IMG/VR virus record: IMGVR_UViG_3300001683_000022
Location: 5,251 to 69,250 of that record
DNA length: 64,000 bases
Strand: one strand, 5' to 3'
Source of the DNA: a virus
Shown here: positions 1-8,687 of the stretch, one piece after another
Position numbering within the stretch: the stretch's first letter is position 1
Layout of the letters: each line of letters opens with the position of its first letter
Position numbers and translations under genes: made by a program
Notes under the pieces: generated by a model
The model's database searches: none
What the model was told of the DNA's origin: nothing
What the model saw: the letters and a program-made list of their open reading frames with translations, nothing else

Positions 1-189
1 ATAGAGGCTAGGATTTTTCACCACGAAAAACAATTAACGGACATAATTAAGTCAATGAATGAAATGAAGGAAGACATTGCACATATTCAAGCATCAATCT
101 CCCAAATACGGAGTATGGCATATGGTGCTATAGCTTTTTATGCTATCAGTAATATTGGGTTGCTTGAAGCATTAAACCTAGTATCATGA
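1..189 (+). CDS. partial coiled-coil + C-terminal hydrophobic helix protein (holin/XhlA-like)
   Basis: Frame 1 is open from the window edge: IEARIFHHEKQL...MAYGAIAFYAISNIGLLEALNLVS*; lies upstream of the endolysin. Confidence 0.5.
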   Translation: MEARIFHHEKQLTDIIKSMNEMKEDIAHIQASISQIRSMAYGAIAFYAISNIGLLEALNLVS

Positions 190-344
190 TGCCATATTAT
201 TTCAAAGCCGATGACGACACATTTATTACTAAATCATTTGCATCAGATGAAGATGCTAATAATTACGGTCGTGCTACTCATAGAACAGTTATGTCAGAAA
301 TAGATATTAAAGAATACAGCGAGCTAAAAGAGGACTATGAATAG
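186..344 (+). CDS. hypothetical protein (52 aa)
   Basis: Hand-translated MMPYYFKADDDTF...KEDYE*; overlaps both neighbours (translational coupling). Confidence 0.6.
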   Translation: MMPYYFKADDDTFITKSFASDEDANNYGRATHRTVMSEIDIKEYSELKEDYE

Positions 345-1029
345 AGCGCATCAAATGGCAACATTAAGCGAATACGCTTATCTTATGCCTCAGAAATTTA
401 TCCAAACTTGTAAAGCGTTTACACCTAGCTTTCATAGTGCAAAAGGCACCCAGTGTTATACGTTATGGGATGATAACACGTTGATCTTCGCCTTCAGGGG
501 AACTGAGCTAAAACTAGATGATATTAAAACTGACCTTGATTTTCTAAAGGAAGAGACATCACATGGTAAAGTACATTCTGGGTTTCTGAGCGCATATGAA
601 GATATTAAATCTAAAATTAAAACTGATTATGATATGCTCTCCAGCGGAAGGAATGTATATTTCACAGGGCATAGTTTAGGAGCTGCCCTCAGTACGTTAG
701 CAATTGACGATATTGGTAAAGCTGAAGATTCTTTATATACGTTTGGCTCACCAAGAGTAGGATGTTCTAACTTTGTTAAGCAGTTTAATAGTAGATTTAA
801 AAACACTTACAGATATCGTAACGAAAATGATATTGTTACTAGAGAGCCTATGGCTTTACTTGGTTATCGCCATGTGGGTGATTGCTATTATTATGATGGT
901 GCAGGTGAATTAACAATCAATCCTTCATGGTGGAAACGATTTAAAGAATATAGCAAAGGTATATTGAAAGATAAACTTGATATGTTCAAAGATCATTCAG
1001 TATCAAATTATGTAGGACTATCAAAATGA
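337..1029 (+). CDS. class 3 lipase (alpha/beta hydrolase)
   Basis: FAFRGTE, VHSGF, TGHSLG nucleophile elbow, YTFGSPRVG, NENDIV, DHS catalytic His. Confidence 0.92.
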   Translation: MNRAHQMATLSEYAYLMPQKFIQTCKAFTPSFHSAKGTQCYTLWDDNTLIFAFRGTELKLDDIKTDLDFLKEETSHGKVHSGFLSAYEDIKSKIKTDYDMLSSGRNVYFTGHSLGAALSTLAIDDIGKAEDSLYTFGSPRVGCSNFVKQFNSRFKNTYRYRNENDIVTREPMALLGYRHVGDCYYYDGAGELTINPSWWKRFKEYSKGILKDKLDMFKDHSVSNYVGLSK

Positions 1030-1208
1030 AATATATCTTAATGCTACCCTTGTTTCTGTCGGGATGTACTGGCACAGTAATGATTGGTCATGCGGCTAAT
1101 TACGCTGTTTCAGAATATTGTGAAATTCCTGTTTTTGCTAGAAAATTGGTAAGAACAGAACTAGCCGAAACATTAGCCCCCCACTCTATAGAGATTCATT
1201 GTGATTGA
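1026..1208 (+). CDS. small lipoprotein
   Basis: Signal peptide MKYILMLPLF with lipobox LSGC; coupled to lipase and endolysin. Confidence 0.7.
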   Translation: MKYILMLPLFLSGCTGTVMIGHAANYAVSEYCEIPVFARKLVRTELAETLAPHSIEIHCD

Positions 1209-1632
1209 TAAAACTGTCGAAGATTATATAAAATTTAATGAAGGGTTAAGATTAAAACCTTACAAATGTAGTGCTGGAAAACTCACACTGGGATACGGTA
1301 GAAATATTGAAGACAATGGCATATCTTTAATTGAAGCAGAATTTCTTTTGAGTTCTGATATTAGATCAGTCACTAAAGGGATTAGGCAATTATTGCCTGA
1401 CTTTGATTCCCTGGAATTACCCCAAAAAACAGCATTAATTGATATGGGTTTTAACCTGGGTATACCTCGTCTAGGTAAATTCAAAAAAATGCTCATGGCT
1501 ATTAATGTTAGAGACTTTAAAAAAGCTGCAGAGGAAATGTTAGATAGTAGGTATGCAAGACAATTACCTACTCGATCCAATAAAAATGCTCTGTTAATTC
1601 AGAGTACCGAAAATAGTAAAGAAGGTATTTAA
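1201..1632 (+). CDS. endolysin, GH24 / T4-lysozyme-like
   Basis: EGLRLKPYKCSAGKLTLGYGRN, DMGFNLG, AAEEMLDSRYARQ. Confidence 0.92.
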   Translation: MIDKTVEDYIKFNEGLRLKPYKCSAGKLTLGYGRNIEDNGISLIEAEFLLSSDIRSVTKGIRQLLPDFDSLELPQKTALIDMGFNLGIPRLGKFKKMLMAINVRDFKKAAEEMLDSRYARQLPTRSNKNALLIQSTENSKEGI

Positions 1633-1634
1633 TA

Positions 1635-3803
1635 ATGATTACAGATCCTGAAAATATTGATTTAGATTCTGAAGAATCTCAATTTACAGATTGGGCTAAT
1701 GAACCAAAGATATCTGAATTAAAACAGGATCTATCTTCTGCACAATCAGATCATGATACACACGTAACAAATGTAAATAGATGGTTAGATAATCTAAATG
1801 TAACAGGTACAGCCAAGGTAGATAATGGTAAGAATAACTCTAGTATTGTCCCTAAGTTAATTAGGAAACAGGCTGAGTGGAGGTATGCTGCATTATCAGA
1901 ACCTTTTTTAAGTACTGATGATATCTTTAATACTAGCCCTGTTACTTACGAAGATAAAACTTCTGCTATTCAGAATGGCTTAGTTCTTAACAATCAATTC
2001 AATACTAAGATTCAAAAGACTAAGTTTATTGATGAATATGTAAGAGCTGCAGTAGACGAAGGTACTGTTATTGTTCGGGTAGGTTGGGATTCTGAAGAAG
2101 AGATTGAAGAAGTAGAAGTACCTATATTTGAGTATGTTCCTTCTGATGATCCACAAGATGCTCAGATACAGGAACAGTTACATGGGATGATGCAACAAGA
2201 TCCAGTTAAGTTTAAGTATGATGTGCCTTCTGAAGTGCAGGAGTCCCATCAAATATTTATGGAACAGGGTATTGTTACTAAGCCTATACAAGTTGGTTCA
2301 GAGATACAGGAACAAATTAAAGTAATTAAGAACTGTCCTACTGTAGAAGTATGTAACTTTAATCATGTTATTGTTGATCCAACATGTTTAGGGGATTTGA
2401 CTAAAGCAGGGTTTATTATTTATTACTTTGATACTTCCCTATCTGAATTAAAGAAGGATGGTAAGTATACTAATTTAGATAAAATTGAGGTTAGTGAGAA
2501 CACTACTAGTACTTATGATACTAACTCATATATTGAGTCTTCATCATTTACCTTTAAGGATAAACCAAGACAAAAACTTATTGCATATGAGTATTGGGGG
2601 TACTGGGATATTAATGATGATGGTATTGTTAAGCCTATTGTAGCTACTTGGGTAGGTAATACTCTTATACGTATGGAAGAGAATCCTTTCCCAGATCAAG
2701 GACTACCCTTTGTATCTGCTCAGTATCTACCTGTTAGGAAAGCTGTATATGGTGAACCTGATGGAGAATTACTAGAAGATAATCAAAAGATTATTGGGGC
2801 TGTAACAAGAGGAATGATTGATATCATGGGTAGGTCTGCTAACGGACAGATGGGTAGCCGTAAGGATGCCTTAGACGTTGTTAATAAGCGGAAGTTTGAT
2901 TCAGGTAAAGACTATGAATTTAATGCTCAGGTAGATCCTCGTATGGCATTCCATATGCATACCTTCCCTGAGATACCACAGTCTGCTCAATATATGATTA
3001 ATATGCAGAATGCTGAAGCAGAGTCCCTTACAGGGGTAAAAGCTTTCAGTAGTGGAATTAGCGGACAAGCTCTTGGAAACACCGCTACAGGCATTAGAAG
3101 TGCCTTAGACGCGACATCTAAGCGAGAGTTAGGTATACTTCGTAGACTTGCTGAAGGAATTAAGCAAATAGGCAGAAAGTTTATAAGTATGAATAGTGAG
3201 TTTCTCTCAGAAGAGGAGATTGTTAGGATTACTAATGAAGAGTTTGTAGTAGTCAAAAGAGATGATCTTGCAGGTAATATAGACATTAAATTATCTATAA
3301 GTACTGCAGAGGCAGACGAACATAAAGCCCAAGAGTTAGCTTTTATGCTCCAAACCATGGGTAATACAATGCCTCCAGAGATGGCGCAAATAGTATTAAC
3401 AGACATCGCAAAATTACGTAAGATGCCTGACTTAGCAAAGCAGATAGAAAACTATAAGCCACAACCGGATCCAATAGCACAAGAGAAAGCACAATTAGAG
3501 TTAGAACTTCTTAAGGCACAGATAGCAAATGAAAATGCTAAAGCACATGAGAATACTTTTAACGGTGAACTTGATAAAGCTAAGATCCAAACAGAATTGG
3601 CTAAGGCTAGTAATATGAATAGTGATACTGACCTTAAGAACCTTGACTTTGTTGAACAGGAGTCAGGTACTAAGCATGAGAGGGATAGAGATAGGATCCA
3701 ATCTCAAGCAGATGGAAATATAGCACTTAAAGCTGTTGATAATGACTTTAAGATGCAACAAGAAATGTTTAAACAAGACAGACCAACCCCGACTAATATT
3801 TAA
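1635..3803 (+). CDS. portal protein (N4 gp59-like)
   Basis: WANEP, PKLIRKQAEWRYAALSEPFL, AESLTGVKAFSSGISG; size and synteny. Confidence 0.93.
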   Translation: MITDPENIDLDSEESQFTDWANEPKISELKQDLSSAQSDHDTHVTNVNRWLDNLNVTGTAKVDNGKNNSSIVPKLIRKQAEWRYAALSEPFLSTDDIFNTSPVTYEDKTSAIQNGLVLNNQFNTKIQKTKFIDEYVRAAVDEGTVIVRVGWDSEEEIEEVEVPIFEYVPSDDPQDAQIQEQLHGMMQQDPVKFKYDVPSEVQESHQIFMEQGIVTKPIQVGSEIQEQIKVIKNCPTVEVCNFNHVIVDPTCLGDLTKAGFIIYYFDTSLSELKKDGKYTNLDKIEVSENTTSTYDTNSYIESSSFTFKDKPRQKLIAYEYWGYWDINDDGIVKPIVATWVGNTLIRMEENPFPDQGLPFVSAQYLPVRKAVYGEPDGELLEDNQKIIGAVTRGMIDIMGRSANGQMGSRKDALDVVNKRKFDSGKDYEFNAQVDPRMAFHMHTFPEIPQSAQYMINMQNAEAESLTGVKAFSSGISGQALGNTATGIRSALDATSKRELGILRRLAEGIKQIGRKFISMNSEFLSEEEIVRITNEEFVVVKRDDLAGNIDIKLSISTAEADEHKAQELAFMLQTMGNTMPPEMAQIVLTDIAKLRKMPDLAKQIENYKPQPDPIAQEKAQLELELLKAQIANENAKAHENTFNGELDKAKIQTELAKASNMNSDTDLKNLDFVEQESGTKHERDRDRIQSQADGNIALKAVDNDFKMQQEMFKQDRPTPTNI

Positions 3804-3838
3804 TTAGTTACCACTAATCTCTATGAGAGGACACACGT

Positions 3839-4165
3839 ATGAATGACGAACAACAAATTGAACTAAGTATTAAAGAGGCTAAATCTTTTACTGCTAAGAA
3901 AGATGCATTACAAAGATTAGCTAATAATACTGATTTTAAGTTACTATTTATTGATGGCTACTTTAAGGAAGAATCATCTAGATTGGTTCTAGCTATGGCT
4001 GATCCATCTATGCAAACGGAAGAGTTACAAGGGCAATTGAAGAACGACATTATTGCTGTAGGCAGGTTGGATCAATACCTTAGAGCAATAAATATTCAAG
4101 GAGATATGGCTCAAAAGGCTATTACAGATAATGAAGCATATCTAGAAGAACTTCGTAAGGGGTAG
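3839..4165 (+). CDS. conserved N4-like hypothetical protein (gp58 position)
   Basis: F..LFIDGYFKEE..RLV motif; directly after the portal. Confidence 0.7.
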   Translation: MNDEQQIELSIKEAKSFTAKKDALQRLANNTDFKLLFIDGYFKEESSRLVLAMADPSMQTEELQGQLKNDIIAVGRLDQYLRAINIQGDMAQKAITDNEAYLEELRKG

Positions 4166-4168
4166 ATT

Positions 4169-5299
4169 ATGGAAGATGAACTTAAAAAAGAACACTTAGA
4201 AGATGTACCTAATATTTTAGAAATGTCTGATGAAGATGTTGCTGGAATAGATGTACCTGAAGAGTCTAGTACTGTTGATACACAAACTGAAGAGGAAATT
4301 CTGGATGAGAAAATCGAAGAAGATATCCCTGATAAAGTATCTGAGGAAGAGGAGCCAGAGGAGCTTATTGAAGCAAGAGCTCCAGAAGCTGATGAATCTG
4401 TAGAGGAAGCCGAGAAAACCTCTGAGAAGAGCTCTAAGGAGCCTTCTGAGGTATCTGAGGCATCTGAAGAAGATACACCAGTAGACTATGAAAAAGAATA
4501 TAATAAAATATTAGCGCCCTTTAGGGCTAACGGTAAAGAGATTAAAGTAGATAGTATTGAAGATGCTATTTCATTAATGTCTATGGGAGCTAATTACAAT
4601 AAGAAAATGGCCAGTTTAAAGCCATCACTTAAGATTGTTAAGATGCTCCAAAACAATAATTTACTTGATGAAAGTAAACTAAACTACTTAATTGATTTGG
4701 ATAAAAAGAATCCAGAGGCAATTAGGAAACTTCTAAAGGATAGTGAGCTAGATCCTTTAGACATTAACACGGAAGATGATACTGTATACCAGCCTAATAC
4801 TTACAATGTAGATGATAAACAAGTAGATTTAGATAGAGTCCTTGAAGATATTCAAGATAGCCCTTCCTTTAATGACACTGTAGATATCATAAGCAATAAG
4901 TGGGATGAATCCAGTAGACAAGTGTTAGTTGATAATCCAGCAATTATTCAAACAATCAATGACCATGTAGCTTCAGGCGTATATGGACAAATTGCTCAGG
5001 TAGTTGAATCAGAAAGGATGCTGGGAAGATTAACAAATATTTCGGATATTGAGGCATATAGACAAGTAGGAGATGCTATTCAAGCTAAAGGAGGATTTAA
5101 TACCCCTAACCTTAAAGCCAATGAAAACATCAAATCTGCAGGTACTAAGCCTAAGACTGATCCCAAGCTTAAAAATAGAAAGAAAGCTGCTGGTACTACT
5201 AAGGCAGTAACCAAAACTACTAAAGTTGATCCAAATTTTAATCCACTAAATTTAAGTGACGAAGAGTTTGAAAAGATCGCCTCTAGTAATTACATGTAA
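4169..5299 (+). CDS. N4 gp57-like protein (probable scaffold; often annotated tape measure)
   Basis: Acidic N-terminus, PFRANGK, LMSMGANY.KKM, NPLNLSDEEF; precedes the capsid gene. Confidence 0.85.
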   Translation: MEDELKKEHLEDVPNILEMSDEDVAGIDVPEESSTVDTQTEEEILDEKIEEDIPDKVSEEEEPEELIEARAPEADESVEEAEKTSEKSSKEPSEVSEASEEDTPVDYEKEYNKILAPFRANGKEIKVDSIEDAISLMSMGANYNKKMASLKPSLKIVKMLQNNNLLDESKLNYLIDLDKKNPEAIRKLLKDSELDPLDINTEDDTVYQPNTYNVDDKQVDLDRVLEDIQDSPSFNDTVDIISNKWDESSRQVLVDNPAIIQTINDHVASGVYGQIAQVVESERMLGRLTNISDIEAYRQVGDAIQAKGGFNTPNLKANENIKSAGTKPKTDPKLKNRKKAAGTTKAVTKTTKVDPNFNPLNLSDEEFEKIASSNYM

Positions 5300-5321
5300 T
5301 TATTAATTAGGAACAAATAAA

Positions 5322-6509
5322 ATGGCTGAACAAATTTATAATGACCCATCAAACGGAGCACTGTCTTCCGTAGGGCCACAATTACGTACTGATTATTATC
5401 AGAAAAAAGCACTTATTGAAGCAGCTAGAGAAAGCTACTTTGGACAGTTAGCTGATACAACAGCTATGCCCAAAAATATGGGTAAAACTATCAAACGATT
5501 CCATTATCTGCCTATTTTAGATGATGCTAACATCAATGACCAAGGTATTGATGCTGCCGGTGTAGCAATCACTGATGGTAACTTGTATGGTTCATCTAAA
5601 GATGTTGGTTACATCTCAGGTAAGTTACCTGCATTGTCAGAAACTGGTGGACGAGTTAACCGTGTAGGTATGACACGTTTCCAAATCGAAGGATCTATCA
5701 CTAAGTATGGTTTCTTTGAAGAGTATACAAAAGAGTCTATAGACTTTGATACTGACGCAGAACTTGAAATGCACATTAACTCAGAAATGGTTAAAGGTGC
5801 TAACGAGATGACTGAAGATATGATCCAAATGGATCTATTAGCAGGTGCTGGTGTTATTCGTTATGGTGGTATTGCTACTGTTGATAGTGAAGTTAGTGGT
5901 GAAGCTGGTGAAGTATCTGTAATTGATTACAATGACCTAATGCGTCTTGAAATTGATTTAGATAACAACCGTTGCCCTAAGAATACTAAGGTAATTACCG
6001 GCTCTAGAATGATTGATACTAAAGTCATTGATGGCGCTAGATACATCTATGTTGGTTCAGAAATGATTCCTTCATTGAAGAAGATGACTGATAACTTTGC
6101 TAATCAAGCATTCATCTCTGTAGCTAATTATGCTTCAGCAGGTAATGTTGCAAGAGGCGAAATTGGTTCTATTGGTGGCTTTAGAGTTATTGTAGTTCCT
6201 GAGATGCTTCATTGGGCAGGTGCTGGTAAAGCTGTAACTACTAATACTGGTTACCGTGAAACTAACAATGCATACGATATTTATCCTATGTTGGTTGTTG
6301 GTTCTGGATCCTTTACTACTATTGGTTTTCAAACTGACGGTAAGACTACTAAGTTTAAAATCAAGCATGTTAAGCCTGAGTCTGAAGTGTCATATAGCTC
6401 AGCAGATCCTTTTGGTGAAATGGGATTCATGAGTATCAAATGGTACTATGGTTCAATGATTTTGAGACCAGAAAGAATTGCTCTAGTGAAAACTGTAGCA
6501 GAATACTAA
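5322..6509 (+). CDS. major capsid protein (N4 gp56-like)
   Basis: MPKNMGKTIK, GKLPALSETGGRVNRVG, DPFGEMGFMSIKWYYG, LRPERIA. Confidence 0.95.
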   Translation: MAEQIYNDPSNGALSSVGPQLRTDYYQKKALIEAARESYFGQLADTTAMPKNMGKTIKRFHYLPILDDANINDQGIDAAGVAITDGNLYGSSKDVGYISGKLPALSETGGRVNRVGMTRFQIEGSITKYGFFEEYTKESIDFDTDAELEMHINSEMVKGANEMTEDMIQMDLLAGAGVIRYGGIATVDSEVSGEAGEVSVIDYNDLMRLEIDLDNNRCPKNTKVITGSRMIDTKVIDGARYIYVGSEMIPSLKKMTDNFANQAFISVANYASAGNVARGEIGSIGGFRVIVVPEMLHWAGAGKAVTTNTGYRETNNAYDIYPMLVVGSGSFTTIGFQTDGKTTKFKIKHVKPESEVSYSSADPFGEMGFMSIKWYYGSMILRPERIALVKTVAEY

Positions 6510-6528
6510 TAGTAATTAGTATGTAACT

Positions 6529-6557
6529 GGGGAGGGCTCTTTGGAGCCCTTTCTTCC
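6529..6557 (+). terminator. putative intrinsic terminator after the capsid gene
   Basis: AGGGCTC..GAGCCCT stem followed by TTCTT. Confidence 0.6.
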
Positions 6558-6596
6558 ATAAGGGTATCACCCCTTATCCAAAAAGAGAAAAGACAA

Positions 6597-7157
6597 ATGA
6601 GCACAGATAAAACAGAATTAGAACTACTAAAAGATAGAGCTAACTTAATGAACATTACCTTTCACCCTAGTATTGGGTTAGAAAAGTTAAAGAAAAAAGT
6701 TAATAATATCTTACAGGGTACTCCTGAAGAAGTAGAAGTAGATGTAGTGGCTCCACAGAATGCTGTGGGAACACAACCAGAAACAAAATTACAGGCTAAA
6801 GGCAGATTACGGAAAGAAGCCTCTAAACTTGTTAGAATTAAACTTACTTGTATGAATCCTGCTAAGGCAGCATACCCAGGTGAAATATTTACAGTGAGTA
6901 ATAGTGTTGTAGGCACCCACAAGAGAATGGTACCTTTTAACGCAGACGCTGGATGGCATGTACCTCAGATTATTCTTAATAGAATTAAATCAAAAGAATA
7001 TGTACATCACTATGTTATCCCAGGCCCTAAAGGAAGTAAGGTCAATAGACAGAAATTAGTTAAAGAATTTAGCGTAGAAATATTAGATCCACTTACACCA
7101 AAAGAATTAAAAGACTTGGCTCAAAGACAAGCCATGGCTAACAGTACTGACCAATAG
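6597..7157 (+). CDS. N4 gp55-like protein
   Basis: ELLKDRA...IGLEKL, LVRIKLTCMNPAK, GEIFTV.N, GWHVP, LT.KEL.DLA.RQA. Confidence 0.85.
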   Translation: MSTDKTELELLKDRANLMNITFHPSIGLEKLKKKVNNILQGTPEEVEVDVVAPQNAVGTQPETKLQAKGRLRKEASKLVRIKLTCMNPAKAAYPGEIFTVSNSVVGTHKRMVPFNADAGWHVPQIILNRIKSKEYVHHYVIPGPKGSKVNRQKLVKEFSVEILDPLTPKELKDLAQRQAMANSTDQ

Positions 7158-7166
7158 GAAATAATT

Positions 7167-7481
7167 ATGTATGTAGTAGGTTTTGCAAGTAACTTTAATT
7201 ATGTCCTCAGTAGGACTGATGATAGCTATACAGATTCCGATTGGGATATTGCTATTGAAGATCCTGATGGAGTATATAATTATGTGAATGATGTGACGGG
7301 CTATGTTAACCCTACCTCAGAAGCCACAGGGAGTCTTTCTTACTCTTTTACCCCTACTGTGCCTGGAGTACATACTATTATCTTAAGTAGAGGTACTGCA
7401 GCTAACCATACGATTAAACATAAACAGTTATTTTCAGTAGTTTCGACTACTGAAAATACTGAACTTTTTGTGACCCTATAG
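7167..7481 (+). CDS. small beta-rich (Ig-like?) virion protein
   Basis: IEDPDG...YSFTPTVPGVHTI pattern; inside the structural operon. Confidence 0.5.
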   Translation: MYVVGFASNFNYVLSRTDDSYTDSDWDIAIEDPDGVYNYVNDVTGYVNPTSEATGSLSYSFTPTVPGVHTIILSRGTAANHTIKHKQLFSVVSTTENTELFVTL

Positions 7482-7488
7482 GTATTAC

Positions 7489-8685
7489 ATGTCCTTAATA
7501 TTATTAGAAGACTTAACTACAAAAGCTCTTGATGGGACGGGGGTATTTGATGAATTAATGTCAACTACCCAACTCCGTTTAGAAGAAGAATATGCTAAGG
7601 GTAGAATTAAAGGATCAGAATATTCTACTGTGTATCTTGGAGCTATGCAGTCTGTTATGCAACAGTCGTTGGCTTTCCTTATGGGTAAGCAACAGGCAGA
7701 TGTACAAGCAGAACTAACTAAGGCACAAACGAGTGTTGCAAATCAACAGTTAATTAATTTAGTAACTGAAAATGATACTGCTAAGAAGCAAGGGTTACTG
7801 GTAGTCGAGCAAGTATTAAAACTGCAACAAGAAATACAACTTGGGGCTAAACAGGAAGATCTTTTAGATGCACAAATCCTAAAGACTTCCCAAGAGACAC
7901 TGGTTCTAGCTAATAATGTTCTTAAAGGAGATCAAGAAGTCTTAGTACTTGAAAAGCAAATCTTAAAGACTGCTGCAGAGGTAGATATATTAGGTAAACA
8001 AGAAGATCTCTTAGATTCAGATATTCTTAAAGCTGCTGAAGAGGTATTGATTTCTAAAAATACCTTACTTAAGTCAGCGGAAGAAGTGTTGGTAATGGCA
8101 GAGGAAGTTAAGAAAGCGTATGCTGAAGCTCTTCTATTAAATAAACAAGTAGATAAAATTACTATTGATACTGCTAATGCTACTTCTGAAGCAGTTACTA
8201 TTGTAAGAAACCAAGAGAAACTTAAAGCAGAGAGACAGTTATTAAATCAAAAATACTATACTGAACTTGCAAACATTGCAGATTCCTTCAATTTCAAGGA
8301 TCCTATTACAGGTCTTATTACGGGTGACTACGAAATAACAGGCGTATTGGGCAAACAACTTACTAAACTCGATGCAGAAGGTACTTTACTTTCAAATAAG
8401 AGTGATACAGAAAAAGCATCCATAACTGACACAGTTAACGCTATGCCAGTTGCAGGTGTCATAGGAAAACAGAAAAAATTGTATGCGGCACAAGCGGATG
8501 GTTTCACAAGAGACGCAGAACAAAAATTAGCTAAAATATACGCAGACTCTTGGAGTGTAAGGAGGTCTACGGATGAAGCAACTGGTGCCAATGCAGCAGC
8601 ATTAGGCGATGCACAGGCAGCAAAGGTTATGAATAAAGCGGCACTCGGTATTAATGTGATTCTAGATAGTACACCTAACACCTAG
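7489..8685 (+). CDS. N4 gp54-like structural protein with internal coiled-coil repeats
   Basis: GTGVFDELM, EEYAKGRIKGSEY, GVIGKQKKLY.AQ..GF.RDAEQK. Confidence 0.85.
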   Translation: MSLILLEDLTTKALDGTGVFDELMSTTQLRLEEEYAKGRIKGSEYSTVYLGAMQSVMQQSLAFLMGKQQADVQAELTKAQTSVANQQLINLVTENDTAKKQGLLVVEQVLKLQQEIQLGAKQEDLLDAQILKTSQETLVLANNVLKGDQEVLVLEKQILKTAAEVDILGKQEDLLDSDILKAAEEVLISKNTLLKSAEEVLVMAEEVKKAYAEALLLNKQVDKITIDTANATSEAVTIVRNQEKLKAERQLLNQKYYTELANIADSFNFKDPITGLITGDYEITGVLGKQLTKLDAEGTLLSNKSDTEKASITDTVNAMPVAGVIGKQKKLYAAQADGFTRDAEQKLAKIYADSWSVRRSTDEATGANAAALGDAQAAKVMNKAALGINVILDSTPNT

Positions 8686-8687
8686 AT

